DNA of 64,000 nt from Protoeuglena noctilucae (Eukaryota). The translations under genes and the position numbers were made by a program. Location of the stretch: positions 248,001 to 312,000 of the forward strand of contig OY253670.1 of NCBI GenBank assembly GCA_958009085.1, in the 5' to 3' direction. Positions within the stretch are counted from its first letter, which is position 1. Every line of letters starts with the position of its first letter. Under the pieces are notes generated by a model. That model was not told where the DNA came from. It searched no databases and was given only the letters and a program-made list of their open reading frames with translations. This document shows, one piece after another, positions 27,680-49,136 of this stretch.

Positions 27680-29335
27680 ATGGGGCGCCCCGGCGTCGCG
27701 CGACGCCCATCGCGCGGTGTCCTGAGAGCCATTATCTTGGTGCTCCTGGCCCTGTGCATCTCGGGCGCCCTGGCGTACACCGCCCGCTCCGTCCACGACC
27801 TCGCCGCAAGCTGCATCGACAGCGACACGTGCGCGCCTGCCTGGGACCCCTGCAAGCCCCACGGCACGCGAGTGGTGCTCGGCTCCGGGCAGACGTGCAT
27901 CTGCCGGTCCGGCACGGTGCTGGCCTCTTCCTTCTCCGGCGACCCCGTCTGCATCACGGTAGTGAGGGGCAGCGCAAGCCCCGCTTGGCCCTGCGCCCAA
28001 AAGTCGCCGCGGCTGCAGCAGCCGTCCCCGCCGCCCGCAGGCTCCCGGGGCTGACCCGGAGACGGACCTGCGCGAGTCGGTCAAGAAGGGGGGCGTCGTC
28101 GACCTGGGGGGCTTCGCGTGGGTGCTCACGCGGCCGCTCGAGGTGGACTTCCCGGTCACGCTGAGGAATGGGATCATCCGCGTCCAGTCCGAGGCGTGGC
28201 TAGTGGAGGGCTCCAACGTCATCCACGCCCCCTACGTCATCCAGGTCAGCGCTGCGCCTGGGGTCGCGGTCAGCAGCAATGACGGCCGCCCCTGATGCGT
28301 CTGTCTCGCTCATGGGCCGTCCTGCTGTCCGCATCGCAGGTGGCGCGGGGCCGCCAGCTGCGGCTGGAGAACGTCGAGGTGCACGGGCGGGGCGTGTACG
28401 TGGAGAACGCCGAGCTAAGGATGAGGGACTCGCGGGTGGGCGGGACGCTGTTTGCGGCCGTGTATGCGACGGCGGGGGCCACGGTGTCCATCACGGGGGG
28501 CTCGCTGGAGGATGCGAGCACGGGGCTGTGGGCGGAGGGGGGCGCCACGGTGACGCTCGAGGGGGTGGAGGTGGCCGGGTCGCGCGACGGCATCATGGCC
28601 GTGGGGGTGCAGACGCGCGTCACGTTCCGGGGCGGCACTCTCCGCGACCTGACGGGACACGGCGTGGTGGCCCTGGCCGGTGCCCACGTGGACGTGGCGG
28701 GCGCCGACATTGCGCGCGTCACGGGAGGCGCGGGGGTGCGCGCCAAGGGCGGATCCGTCTCCCTGCGCGGGAGCGTGGTGCGGGAGTCGGCCTCGCACCA
28801 CGTGTACTGCCAGGAGGGGTGCAAGATGACGCTGGAGGACACGAGCATCGTCGGGCAGAAGAACTACTACGACTATGGCGTGCGCGTGGAGGGGTCCGGG
28901 GCCAGCGTGGAGATGACGGGGGGCTCGATCGCAGATACGTACTACGGGGTAGACGTCAACTACGACGGCAGCTTCACGTCGACGGGCGTGGCCATCCAGG
29001 GCGGGACCTACGGCCTGTACATGCAGTCGGGGACCTTTGACGCCAAGGGTGGCTCCATGGAGGCCTCCTCTCGCCACGTGTACTGCGCGTCGGGCCCCAG
29101 CGGCCGCGTGCGCCTCGACGGCGTGCACCTGGACGGCTCGGCGGGGGTGTCCGTGTCGAGCTACCAGTACAACTACTACGACTACGAGTACAAGTCGTGC
29201 AGGCTCGAGGTGTCGGGGCGGACGGGCGAGGACCTGAGGGGCATGAGCTTGGAGTGCTACGGGGGGGCGAGCTTCACGGTGGCCGGGCAGGAGTACACGT
29301 GCGAGGAGTGGCAGGCAGCGGCGGGGCACACGTGA
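27680..29335 (+). CDS. Putative secreted protein: signal/anchor, six-Cys EGF-like module, right-handed parallel beta-helix (copy A); 3 exons
   Basis: Hydrophobic AIILVLLALCISGALA; CIDSDTC...CKPHG...CICRSG...VC; ~22-aa repeats of the type G(L/I/V)xAxGGATVTLEGVEV; GT-AG introns at ~27959-28040 and ~28244-28339. Confidence 0.75.
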
Positions 29336-31552
29336 TGGTTAGTTGTGACAGGGTGGCTGCAGCTTAGGAACCAGGGCTTGTCTTTGAATAGGCATCGCGA
29401 TGCAAACACGAATGCTGGGATGGAAGACGTGGCTTGAGCGACAATCTACCCGCGTGACTGACTCCACGCAGCGAATGATGGCAGGCTCTATGGCATGCGA
29501 TGCTAGTAGCGGAAAATGTTCGGGAGTCAATAAGCAAACAGCCTCAGACATCGCCTGCACTATCACCCAACCACTTGTCTACCACAGCCAGCTGCTTGGC
29601 GTTGAGATGTGGCACCATGGCATCCCTGCACGCTGCCTCTGCACCCCGCCACACGCTCGAGCCCCTGTGCCCCAGACTGGCCAGGCCCCAGGCCAGCTGG
29701 GGCCAATGAATGGCATCCAAAGCTGGAGACAGCTGCACAGCGGCGTCCTCTACAGCGCGGAGCACAGGCAGGCCAGGCTGGTACTGGAGCGTGGCCCAGG
29801 CCCACACCGTGTTGGCCAGCGCTTGGGGGTCAAAGTCCCCCAGCTGGGCCACCACGGCGTCCCGCACAGCACGAATGGTCGCGCTACCGGGGTCGTACCC
29901 CAGCTCAGCCCACGCCCACGCCGCGTTGGCCAGTCCTTGTAGGTGCGAAATCCCCCAGCTTGGCCACCGCTGCGTCCCGCATAACATCCATAACCTCCTT
30001 GTCTGGGTCGTACCCCAGCTTGGCCCATGCCCACACCGTGTTCGCCAGCTCTTGGGGCTTGAAGTCCCCCACCTTCTTTGCCACTGCGTCCCGCACGCCG
30101 TCCATGGCCGAGTCGCCGGGGTCACACCCCAGCTTGGCCCACGCCCATACCGTGTTGGCCAGGTCCTGGGCGTTGAAAGCCCCCACCTTCTTTGCCACTT
30201 CCTTCTGCATAGCGTCCATGACCTGCTCGCCGGGGTGGTACCCCACCGTGGCCCACGCCCACAGCACGTTGCTGATGGCCTGCGCGGCAAGCTCCTCCCT
30301 CTTTTCCACCGTCACCCTCGCCATCGTGCCTAGTGCACCCGCCAGCCACCCACCCTCCCCCACCGCCCGCTCCGGCGCCCCCCGTCCCTCCATCAGCACC
30401 ACCACCTTCGCCAGCCCGTATGTCGTCACGCCACAGGACATGCCGTCCCCACCCTTCAGCCACAGCTGTGCCCGCTCTGCCAGCTTCACCACCATGTCCT
30501 CGTCCGCCGGGTGCCCCATCAGATGCCACCCCTTCATAACTTGGTTGAGACCCAGGATGTCGTCCTTTTCCAGCTCCAGGAACCGCTCCACCAGCACCCG
30601 TGCCTCCTCCGCCCCCATGCACGCCCGCCCCATCCGCTCGCTCTTCGCCCCACACTTCAGCAGGTACATGCAGATATGCCGCGTGTCCCGCACCTCCCCC
30701 CGCGTCGCCGCTGCCGCCGGCGCCCGTGCCCCGTCCCGTGTCAACAGCGCGTCCGGCACGCTCATCGGGTGACTCGTGCTGCCTGAAGCCGCCATCCACA
30801 TACTTGCTCCTGCCCCTGCCCATGCCGTAGCCTCATCCGCGCCCCTCGCCGCCCCGCCCTCCCTCGCCCCGCCTGCCGGGACCGGCCGACCTGCGTGCCC
30901 GAGCGAGCCTGCCGTGACGCACGCCGGTGCCACTGGACACCCGATCCCCCGGTCCCCAGTCCGCCCGCGCCGACGTGTCCCGACGAGCATGACGCTTCCC
31001 TCCCCCTCACCTGCCCCGCCGGGCTCCGTCCGATCGCCGCGCCTCCCCGCTGCCCTGCGGCTGGGATGGCCGTGGGAAGCCCCGCCGCTCCCCGCTCGTA
31101 TCGCCGCCGCCGCCGTCCGCCCGGCGCGTCACAGACCTGCGGGCCATGTACGCCATGCTGCACGTCGCCCTTCCGGCCCCTCTCGCGCGACCCATCGCTG
31201 CATCGCCGGCTGCGATGGGTGTGGATGCATTCCCTGCCCACGCCCCCTGTCCCCGCGCGCGACGCGGCCCGGCCAACGGCCCACGCAGCAGTCATACACA
31301 CAGTCGCTTGCATCGCACTCCTCGCGCGAGGCATAATGCGTGCATCGGCCCCAAACACGCGCAGCTTCGAGGATCAGGGTGGCCCCGCACCTGCCGAGAC
31401 TCCGCGCCGGCTGCCACGCCAGACCCAGCCGACACACACTCCATCCGATCGCGACCCTGCGCGGCGCCCCGGGTTGCAGACCCGCCCTGGGCGCGGGCAG
31501 GCGCACCGACCATGCGGGCCCGGCAGCATTCGCCGCCCCGCAGGCCCGCATC
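28156..31552. repeat. Segmental duplication copy A (beta-helix gene + OPR gene), inverted relative to copies B and C
   Basis: Reverse complement matches 52877-55444 and ~60610-64000 almost base for base; the ORF-track translations are nearly identical. Confidence 0.95.
29544..30990 (-). pseudogene. Octotricopeptide-repeat (OPR) protein gene with a +1 frameshift (copy A); true start unresolved
   Basis: 38-aa repeats F(N/K/D)(A/P)Q(D/E/A)LANTVWAWAKLGYDP; the frame breaks at DFAP^QGLAN (~29940) and repeats resume in another frame to the stop at 29544. Confidence 0.8.
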
Positions 31553-31886
31553 CTTGCAGATGTCGCGTCCTGACGCGCCAGCGACGTCGACCTGGCATCG
31601 GCGAGGGCGGGAGCCCCGCAATGTGACGAGGCAGGCCCGACCCTGGGTGGCTGGCGCAGCGTGGCTGGCACGGCAGGTCGCGAACCCTTCGTTACTGCTA
31701 GGGCCATATGACGCCACTGTATCGCGGCGATGCCATAGCGCCTTTTTGTGCCGCTTCTTTTGGCAAATTCGTCACGTTGCGCATCAGAGCCCCAGTAGAT
31801 AGCAAGGATCACCTCCTTGTGCTCGCCAAGCATAATAGCTGAGCTGTTATACTCTGTCAGGACGGCTTTGCTCGCTTGTCTCAGCC

Positions 31887-33496
31887 ATGCGAGCGTCAGC
31901 GGGGGCGGCGAACCTGCTTCGCTCTCTCAACCGGCTCATCGAGCTCACATCGGATCTCCGGGCACCCATGTGAGCCGCCGTCGAATGCATATGCTAGCCT
32001 TGCTGACGAGCGGGCCGCCATGGGGCGTCTCTCGCCCCGCGATTGAGGAGAGAAGTGGGCAACCCTTGCAGACGTCCCGAATGGTCGACGGGGATGCTCT
32101 TCGAGTTCTGGGACGACAGGGACTTGCAACAGTGGCGTGCCTTCGACGACAGCATCCACGGGGGGCTCAGCAAGGCCAAGATCGGCCTCACCAGAGAGGG
32201 TGCGTGGGCCACTGAGGCTGCGCTCGCCACCAGAAGCGATATGGGAATTGCAGCACTCGCCACATGCAGTAAACGCAACCATTGTCAGTATGCCTATTAC
32301 TGCAGACAACGACAGGCCGCCGTTGCCGCGCATAGTCGTTGGACAAAACACGTCGCCTCCACATTGTCTTCGCAGGGGAAGAGACGTTTCTGCGTTTCGA
32401 GGGAAACCTCAGTCATGAGATTCCGGACGAAGCGCCCTGGTTGGCGCGCTCCGGAATCGCCGGCTTTCACTGGGCAGCCAAGGCGAGCACCGTGCTCATC
32501 GCCTCTCCTTTTACTTCGCATCCTCACGCCCATGCCGCCCCTCGCAGTGTCATTTTGTGACTCTCCTGTCCATGAGCAGCGCGAAGACCGCCTTGCACCG
32601 GTGCCTGGGCAGCTGCAAACACCGTCGACCCTGCCTGCAGGACGAGCGCCATCCGATCGACATGGACGTGTTGGGCGAGGAGATGGCGCAGTGCAAGCGG
32701 TTCGACGTGGTGCAGTTCCTGCTGCGCGCGCACGAGCGCCGCACGTGGGTCGCCAACATCCGGAGCGACAACTGGGCGGAGGGGCGGAGGGGAACGGAGT
32801 TGGATCTCTGGCAGGCGCGGCTTACGGCGCCTCCGGAGGGCACGTGGGGATGGGCGCAGGTGGATTTGAACAGGGACTTTGTGCAGACGCGGCGCGGGAG
32901 GATCACAGAGACGCAGGAGGGGGTGTACAGGCGAGAGCACAGGGCGACAGTGGTATCGAGCTTGCCGGCACACTCTCACCGTGGCTTGCTGGCCTGTCCT
33001 GTTGCTCTTGGCTCGTGCGATACCGCTCATGTCATCATCCACGGTGCGTGTCAGGGGTGTGCCTTTGAACTGTCGATACCCCATTCACCCCACCCGCAGG
33101 CAGCGAATCATGGCGATGGGGATTGCACTGGCGGGGGGTATCGAGTCCAATGCGGGTCTCTTTTGCCTCGACTTGAAGGCGGTCAAGTGCACAGAGAGCG
33201 GGCAGCTGCTGCCGGGGGGAGAGCACTGGGGTTCAAAGGTGCGCCTGAGCCGCGCATTGGAACCGCTGCCAAGTTCTGGAGCCTGTAAGCATTGGTTGCG
33301 TCTCATGATGACGCTGACCGAGGGTGTTTGAGAGTCTTGCATTTCGCGCGTGCAGGCCGAGACAGAGGGGGGCCGCCGCCAGGCTTATGGGCATCGAGGG
33401 ATACCCGGGGGTGCCCTGGCGCGGCGCAGCGTTGCGGGGGCGCAGTGGGCGGAGCATTTGCAAGCGCAAGCGGAAGACGAGAGGCATGAGCGATGA
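31887..33496 (+). CDS. CIA30/NDUFAF1-family complex I assembly protein; about 6 exons
   Basis: LFEFWDDRDLQQWRAFDDSIHGGLSKA, FLRFEGNLS, RSGIAGF, RTWVANIRSDNW, DLWQARL, DFVQTRRGRI, IMAMGIALAGG, FCLDLKAVK. Confidence 0.8.
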
Positions 33497-33630
33497 GGGC
33501 GCCGAGTTGGTAGCGTCAAGTCGGTAGCATCTGCTAGTTCAAAGGACTTACGAGGTTTAACTCACTGGAGATGACAAGGAGAGCAATCGCATTCATCAGC
33601 AGCACTTCAGGCGACCAAGCATGCCGGGGT

Positions 33631-35361
33631 TCAGACCCGCAGCGGCTTGAGTCCCAACTTGGCACGAAGCGCATTCTGCTCCGCAATGTCGTCGGATGCC
33701 CCACCGGCCCTATCGCCGGCCCCGCCCCGATCGCCCCGGTCGCCCCGGTCGCCCCGATCCCTGCCCCTATCCCTGTCACGCCCTCGGTCCCAGTCGCGAC
33801 CGCGCTCCCGCTCCCGCTCTCGCCCCCGATCCCGTTCTCTGTCCCTATCCCAGTCCCGGTCGCGTCCCCTGTCCCGATCTCTCTCCCTCTCCCGGTCCCT
33901 TTCCCTCTCGCGCTCCCTCTCCCGCCCCCTGTCCCGATCCCTGTCACGCCCGTACGCATCGACAATCTCCCCCTCCTCCCTTTCCCTCTCCCTGTCCCTC
34001 CCCCGCTCTCCCCGCGCACCAGCCTCCCCGGCCCTCTCCCTCTCCCTCTCCTTGTCCTTCCCTCGCTCCCGCTCCCGCTCCCTCTCCGCTTCCTCCTCCC
34101 TGGCCCTTGCCTCCTTCTCTCGTGCCACGCGCTCCTCCAACTCGTCCGCCGCGCGCGCCGCCTGCTCCGCCTCCTCGCGCAATCGCTCCTCGTCGAATTC
34201 CTCGTCCAAAACTGCGACGCGCAGGGGCAGAGGGGCTCAGCGGGGGCGGCACAAGTGTGATGCAGCGACTCGTTCGTGCACAGCCTCCCGAGCGCGATTC
34301 GCCCGAGCGATTCGCCCAAGCGATTCGCCGACGCACCCCACTTGCGCGGCTGGAGGCTCCCGCCGTTTTCGAGGGTGAGCCGCGCGGGGATGCGGGGCAG
34401 CGAGATGTCGAAAAGGAAATCCTTTCGCAGCATGTCGTCGATGAGCTCGTCCACGTGGCTCAAATGGAAGCGGCCGTCCAGGTCCCGCACCCGCACCTTC
34501 CGATAGTCGTTGTACAGCGGCTCGAGGTACTGGTACACCTCCAGGGGGCGGCCTGCGGGAGCGGGGAAGGCCGTAACCTGTCGCCCACTCCGCCGTGCGC
34601 ACACGAGCCCGATGCGGCACCCAAGTGCAGCGGGGTCGTAAGACATGTATGCGATGCATCCGGCCACGCACCCACGAGGCGCAGGTAGAAGGCCCCGAGG
34701 AGGCGCAGGTACTTGTAGTCGTCGTTCTTGATGAACTCGATGATGATCTCCTTGTCTGGCTGAATCTGGAGCATCTTCAGCACCAGACAGATGAACTCGG
34801 AGGGGCGCCGCATCCCACCGTAGCAGCCGGCGACGTACCTGGGGCCGACGGGGAGGGTCGCACAAGTCAGCATTTTCTACGCCCGAACGCGAGCCCGAGG
34901 TGGCGCCCGTGGTTCCAGCCGCTCGCTAGCCTTCTCATGTCGAGGGCCACGTGTGAGAGGAGCTCGCAGGCGCGCCTGACGTGGCATACGGGTGGCGTGC
35001 TGGTTCCACAGCGCTGCCGTCACCTCAGATCCACGGCCTTGTCGACGATGAGCTCCGCAGTGAGGCCGAAGCAGTGCTCCTGCCAGTACCTAGTCTGGTA
35101 GATCTTTTGACGGACGATCTGCGGGCGGGGGGCGGCGGAACACGCTCCATCCGCATCGCCACCGCCCCCCGGTCTCTAGAAGAGGCAAAGGCCCTCGCAG
35201 CTGCCAATATGGGATAGAAGACGCGGTCTTGTTCTCTGACCTCAAGCGTGTCGCACCGCTGCCCCTGCCCTCGCGCGCTGCGGCCACCTCACCTTCTCCA
35301 CCAGGTTCTGCGGGTTTGTCCCCCGAATGGAGGCCGCCATGGGGTCCGTGGTGTTTGCCAT
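33631..35361 (-). CDS. PRP38: Pre-mRNA splicing factor PRP38 with an RE/RD-rich tail; 5 exons
   Basis: MANTTDPMAASIRGTNPQNLVEK, YWQEHCFGLTAE, FICLVLKMLQIQPDKEII, KYLRLLGAFYLRL, YLEPLYNDYRK, C-terminal NALRAKLGLKPLR. Confidence 0.95.
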
Positions 35362-35841
35362 GGCTATTTGATTGCCCACACGTGCCTAACAGGCAAAGTC
35401 TCGCGGAGGAAAGGCCACCCGGGGGCCCCGGGCAGCTAGAACTGATCCACCCCTTTGCAAGCTGGCCCGTGCCACGACGGAGATGGGCCTCAAGCAGTGA
35501 CAGACTCGAGGGGAGCCTGGGACGCGGTTGATAGCTGCGTGTTGATAGCTGCGTGGTTGAACACTGGTTCCAACGCCCGCCGCCAGATGTGCGCATCGTG
35601 GCTGCAGTCCCAAGAGAGCTTGTCTGCCCTAGCCGCTCATCATCTCGTGTGCGGCACATGTCCCAGCGGCCTGGACAGCTGAGATCGCGCGGCGCCGAGC
35701 CCAGCTGTCGGCGGCAGAGGTGGCTAGCAAGAACGAGCCCCCCACTCACGGGGCAGCGGTCCACTTGCTCGTCCTCGCAGTGCAACCTCATCTTCTTCAT
35801 CATTAATAGCACAGGGTGTGTCGTGTAGGGCGCTGCGCGCG

Positions 35842-38554
35842 ATGCAGCGGCGGGGCGGGAGGGTGCTGCTGGGCTTCGCAGCCCGGCTCGGCGGACGCGA
35901 CTGGCCCGGCGCGGTGAGAAATTCTGAGCAGCGTGGGCGGTGGACAAGTGCCACGTGCCCGTCATCGATGGGCGATGTTCTCAAAGCCACCCGCGCGGGG
36001 GCGAACTTGCAGGACAGCGCAGAAAACGCCCCGCTGCTTTGGACACGCCGCGACGCACCTCCTCCCGTTGGTTCCTTTGTGTTCAGGAGGCATCGTCCGT
36101 CGTCGGCCTGTACTTCCGCGGGGAGGATCGGGACCAGTCGAACGAGTGCGGTCCGAGCAACCGTGATTGCGGCCGACGGGGGCTGGCGACGCGCGTCGCT
36201 GCCGCAGCGGGACCCGGGCGGGCGCTGGCCGCGGATTGGACGTCTCCGTGGTTGGCAGCGCAGTCGCGGGGCATCTTTGGATGGGGCGGGCGGGGAAAGG
36301 TCAGCGACAAGCCAACAGGTTGGAAGCAAAGGGTGGCACCTCGCCAAGCGACCCGGCTGTAGATGGGCAGGACTTTGGGGACCCTGACTTGCTCCCGCAG
36401 GCGCTGATGCGGCGGGGAGCGCAAGTGGCGGGGGTCCGGCCCCGCCAGGCAACGCAGACGGGTCGGCTGCTGCCGCCAAGGCCCCCGGCGCTGACGAGGC
36501 TTTGCCAATCGACGCGCTGCTCGGCGACGGCGCCCACGGTCCGGCAGACATCCAGCTAGCGCTGGAGACCGCGGCTTTCCAGAATCTGCAGGAGGGGCTG
36601 TGGTACAACACGTGGGCGATACAGGAGCTCTTTCGTGCGACCATGGAGCTCACGGGGCTGGGCTGGCTCGAGTCTGTGTGCCTGTTCACGATCGCGTTCC
36701 GCGCGCTCTTCACGCTCCCTGTCCACGTCTTCTCGATGCGCAACGCCATCAGGTGCGCAATTGCGGCGGGCTGCGTCAAAGTGACTGATCTGTGGTGCCC
36801 TGTGTGGGCTGCTAGGGGCTGGGAGCATTGGACATGTGTCGCATACCATCACGAGAGGGCTATGTGCGCCCTGTTCACCCCACAGCAGGCAGCGTATGGT
36901 GCTGCGGCCTGCGTCACCGTCATGATCAACTTGGCTTCCATCACTTGCCCGCAGGCTGTCCAAGTCAAAGAAGGAGATCGACGCGATTATGGCAGATACC
37001 AAGGAGCAGATGGCTATGCAGAGATCCGGGATGGACCGTGCGGAGATGACGCGGGTGGCGCAGGAGCGCGTCAGTGCCGTGTTCCGCAAGAACGGGGCCC
37101 AGCCGTTGCTCGGGCTCATCACCACCGTCGTCAGCATGTTTGCGCTCGCCACCCCGTTCCGGTGAGCCGCGCTGGGGGTTCTGCAGGGATCCATACACCG
37201 CTGCGCATCAAAGTACATGACCCGTCTGCTTAGCTGCCCTTCCAAGGCTACTTTGCGATGCAAGCGCATGCGCAAATGAGCTGACTTCGACACTCAGCAT
37301 TCACGCACTTCCGGCACCCCCCCCCCCCCCCCCCACCCCTGCAGCGCTGCCTACACGCTGTCGTATGCCGATCCACCCGTCCCGTCCCTCGCTGAGACTC
37401 CGTTCCTCTGGGCGCCATCCCTGGCAGCCGCCGACCCCACATACGTCATGCCCGTCCTCACGTGTCTGGCTCTGTGGGTCGCCATCGAGGTCTCTCTGTG
37501 GGTGAGGTCTTGCAAGCAATGCGTGAGGTTGGTGGGGACAACGGACAGTGTGGGGTTGTGAGGGTGCACTGAGGCGGCGCTCTCTGTGACTGCAGGAGAT
37601 GAAGAATGCGGGGCCGGGAGGGACAGGGGCGCTGAACCCGGACAGCATGAAGACACCCATGCGGTGAGCGTTAGTCGCCAGCCCAAAGCCGCCCGACAGC
37701 CGTTGCGCTCCATGTGCTGGGGCTGCAATGCCGCCCTGTGCTTTCTGCCAAGTTCTGTCGCACCGCACAGTGGCACAGTGGTTGGTGTAACCAGCACAAT
37801 GGCTGGTATAATCAACTACTAACATCAACCTTTGTTCCTGGGCCTTCCCACCTGCAGTCTCATGGTCCCCGTGATGGGAGTGCTGGTGCTCAAGGACATG
37901 CCGGCGCTGATGCAGGGCATGATTGTCGCCAACACAGCGTTCCAACTGCTCCAGTCGCGGGTCCTCATGAACGACGGTGTGCGCCGGGCCGTGGGGCTGC
38001 CCGTGATGGCCGAGATGCGGGCGATGCGAGAGGAGCAAGCGGAGGAGGCGAAGCGGCACTCGGCCTCGGCTGCCGTGCGTCTGGCCAAGGCGCTGGCGAT
38101 GGACGAGGCCACGGCAGAGTCAGCACGGCGGGCCGAGGAGACGAGGCAGGTGAGGGGTGGTTGGGAGAGGGGTCGTTCGGGGAGGTCTGCGTGTGCTGCC
38201 TGAGGGTGGGGCTTGCAGGGCAGGCAGGAAAGTGGGCAAACATCCGTGGGAGTTGAGGTGAGGACGGTGGCGGGAGATGGCAGGCGGGCATTAAGGGGCG
38301 GACTCGCGGCTGAGGGACACGGTGCGTGCGGGCGTGCTTTCTAAAATGCCGGTGCTGATGCAGTCCGTGCTGCGTCGCTTCTGCAGCAAGCGGCGGGGTC
38401 GCTGGGCCTGGGACAGGGGGAGTTCGTCGGCCTTGTGGATGGCAAGGCAGTGAAGCTTCGGTCGGGGCCAGGAGGGCAGCCGCGGGGGGCGGTTTTCCGG
38501 GATCGGGTGGCGCGGGAGGGCAAGGAGTCGGCGAAAAAGGCCAGTTCGGGATGA
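35842..38554 (+). CDS. Oxa1/Cox18/YidC-family membrane insertase, probably mitochondrial; spliced
   Basis: MELTGLGWLESVCLFTIAFRALFTLP, coiled region ending VFRKNGAQP, PSLAETPFLWAPSLAAADPTYVMPVL, MPALMQGMIVANTAFQLLQSRVL...VRRAVGLP; Arg-rich N-terminus. Confidence 0.75.
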
Positions 38555-38703
38555 GAATCGTTGAATAGGACTATTTAGAGGCGGCGCCGGAAGCGAGGCA
38601 AGGCGTCGGCGCACGCGCTGGGTAGAGACGCGGTGGGCTTGAAGCAGCAGCGATGGTGTGCGCTGCAGCGCACGTTGCCGGTGAGCAGGTTGCTCGTCGA
38701 ACC

Positions 38704-39615
<912 letters not shown>

Positions 39616-40064
39616 GGCGATGGCCGCGGGCAGTGGAGTGCACCCGCCGCGCCGCGCTGAACAGGACAGCACACCCGTCGACGGCCTTGGCTGCCGCTCA
39701 GCGCCGAACTGCCACGATGGCACGTCCGCCGCGACTACGACTTTCGCTGAATGACAGCGACCAGGCGATCGCCGGCCCAACTTGACTGCCCTGCGCTGGG
39801 CTTGCCCCGCCCGGTTTCTGACTCTATCAGGACACAGCTGAACGCCCTGGAAGATGCGCAACAGATTACTGCATGTCACCATACCCACCCGCTCGGGCGG
39901 ACGTGAGGATCGCAGCGGGACTTGAAAATATTTCCACCCCAGCGCGCACTTGGCCGTCCCCTGTCTCGGGCCCTGCGATTCTGTCGCTGCTGACCCTGCG
40001 GACGTAGTTCCTTTTGAGTGAGACGACTGCCGCGATCACGTCAGGCGAAGGGACCTTGCCCACG

Positions 40065-43537
<3,473 letters not shown>

Positions 43538-44184
43538 AGCGGGATGTGGGCGGGGAGCGTGATGGGCGCAGTCAACGGTGCGACTGGGCTGCCCGCGGGT
43601 CTTCGCGAGTGCAAGACTTGTGGACCTCTGCTCTTCCTGCTCTTTGCTTTCCCCAGGCTGTCATGGGCAAAGACACTCACAGCCGCGTTCCATGCGCTGC
43701 CTTGTCGCTGCCTTTCGCGTGTCCCTTGCTTTGCATCGTAAGATGCCAAACTCTGTCGCGACGCCTCTGCTCGTCTGTCTTCAAACAAGGAGTGCACATT
43801 ACGCACCCGGCTTTGTCGCAGCCACAGGGCCACGTAATGGCCCCTGCACTCAATCGCGCATGCATATCACGCTGCCACTGGGCTGCCACTGGAACCATCA
43901 GGTACTCTGGGGATCGGGATCACGGCCGGACTGGCGAAGAGCACAAAGCGCATGGCCCAAAGCACGATGCCAGGAGCACAGCCGGCCTCGCTGTCGGCCC
44001 CCCGACCAGGGCGAACGCGCAAAGTAACCGAAATTGAGATCGAGAAAGGGACGAGGGGCCTGGACGGGATGTGGGCGGGGGTGGGCAGGGCACTCGGCGC
44101 GTTAAGGATGCACGCACCCTGATCTGCAGCACGAGTGCTCCCTGCGCCCCCTGCTATGCCATTCCCACGACCGCGCGTGTCGTA

Positions 44185-47950
<3,766 letters not shown>

Positions 47951-49136
47951 CTAAAGCATAAAACAACGGTGCCCGACAGTCAGCTCTCGGGTTCGCGTTC
48001 ACGCCAACGCAACGCTTTCCAGCCGGCGATTGCCGACACTCGCGGGTCCCCGACAGCGCGGTTGGGCACCTTTCGCATTGGAAATAGTGACACCGGCGCG
48101 AGGACACGCGGGGGGAGCGGGGCGACGCGGGGAGACCGGCCTCTCCACGGCAGCATGCCGATCGGCCGCGTGAGCTCCCCCGGCCACAACACGAGCGCAG
48201 GCAGGCGCCAGTCATTGAGATTCCACGAAAGATTTGGAACAGCAGCCCAGTCGCGCGAGGTCCCGATCGCATTGCGCCACGGGGCCTCCCCCCGCACGCG
48301 GTGCGCGGGCTCGGGCGTTTTCACGCACGGGAACGATGCGCAAGGAGGATGGCAGTCGCAGAAAGCGCATCGCCCCTCCACATGCCGGGCTCCCGCAGCT
48401 GAGGGTCCTCACCAAGCCCCGTGTCCTCCTCCTCATCGTTCTCCAGCTTGGTCTTCTTCGGCTTCGACGTCATGGCTGGTACTCCGCCCCCTCAGCGCCG
48501 CACCCGCGGCCCCCCAGGGCGACCAGTGCGCGCAATGTGCCTACACCCCCACCAGCGCCACCACTCCCACGAGGGCGGCGCGGCAGCGCCACAACTGACG
48601 CAGATACAACCGCGGGGGAGGCTGTTGGGCAAGAAAAATGCAGGGTCTGGCCGGGCTGGGACGGGACCTTGTGATGCCAGACAGATACCGCGCGCGCCGC
48701 ACTGACGCTGCCGAAAAGCGACGGAGATCGAGGATGGCGCGTTGGGGCTCGCGGTTGTTCTCCCCTGGCGCGGGTCGTCTGATCTGACACACTTCTGGCG
48801 CTTCAGCCCGGTTTGGGGTTTGCGACGAGCGGACGCCTTGCGTGTTATCTTGCACGAGAATGCAGCGCTGACTATCGAGACAGAGTCCCAGGCCTCTCTG
48901 TGTACCCTTTGACCCATCCCGCGGCTCCTGAGGCGACCGAGGGACTCACGACGCGCCGCTGAGGTTGTTTTTATCACTTCAGGTGCGCCTCGGGTCCTCC
49001 CGCCGCTCGGAGCCGCGGGATTCCGCGGGTCTTGGCGGTTGTCAACGCCAGCGCGGCGACCAACCAGCGGCCCGTTCCACCCCGCGCGCCACGCAGCCGC
49101 TGGCGAGGCCAGGCGATGCCGGAGGCGGGGAGGAGG

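Noticed and set aside
34286..34330. Short tandem gcgattcgccc repeat
   Set aside because: Three degenerate copies inside a PRP38 intron, not seen elsewhere in the window.
37230..37270. Possible micro-exon with a GC donor in the Oxa1 gene
   Set aside because: Direct GT-AG splicing (TTC CG|C GCT) already restores the frame.
37317..37334. Poly-C homopolymer
   Set aside because: Intronic simple run beside a 3' splice site; no further evidence of function.
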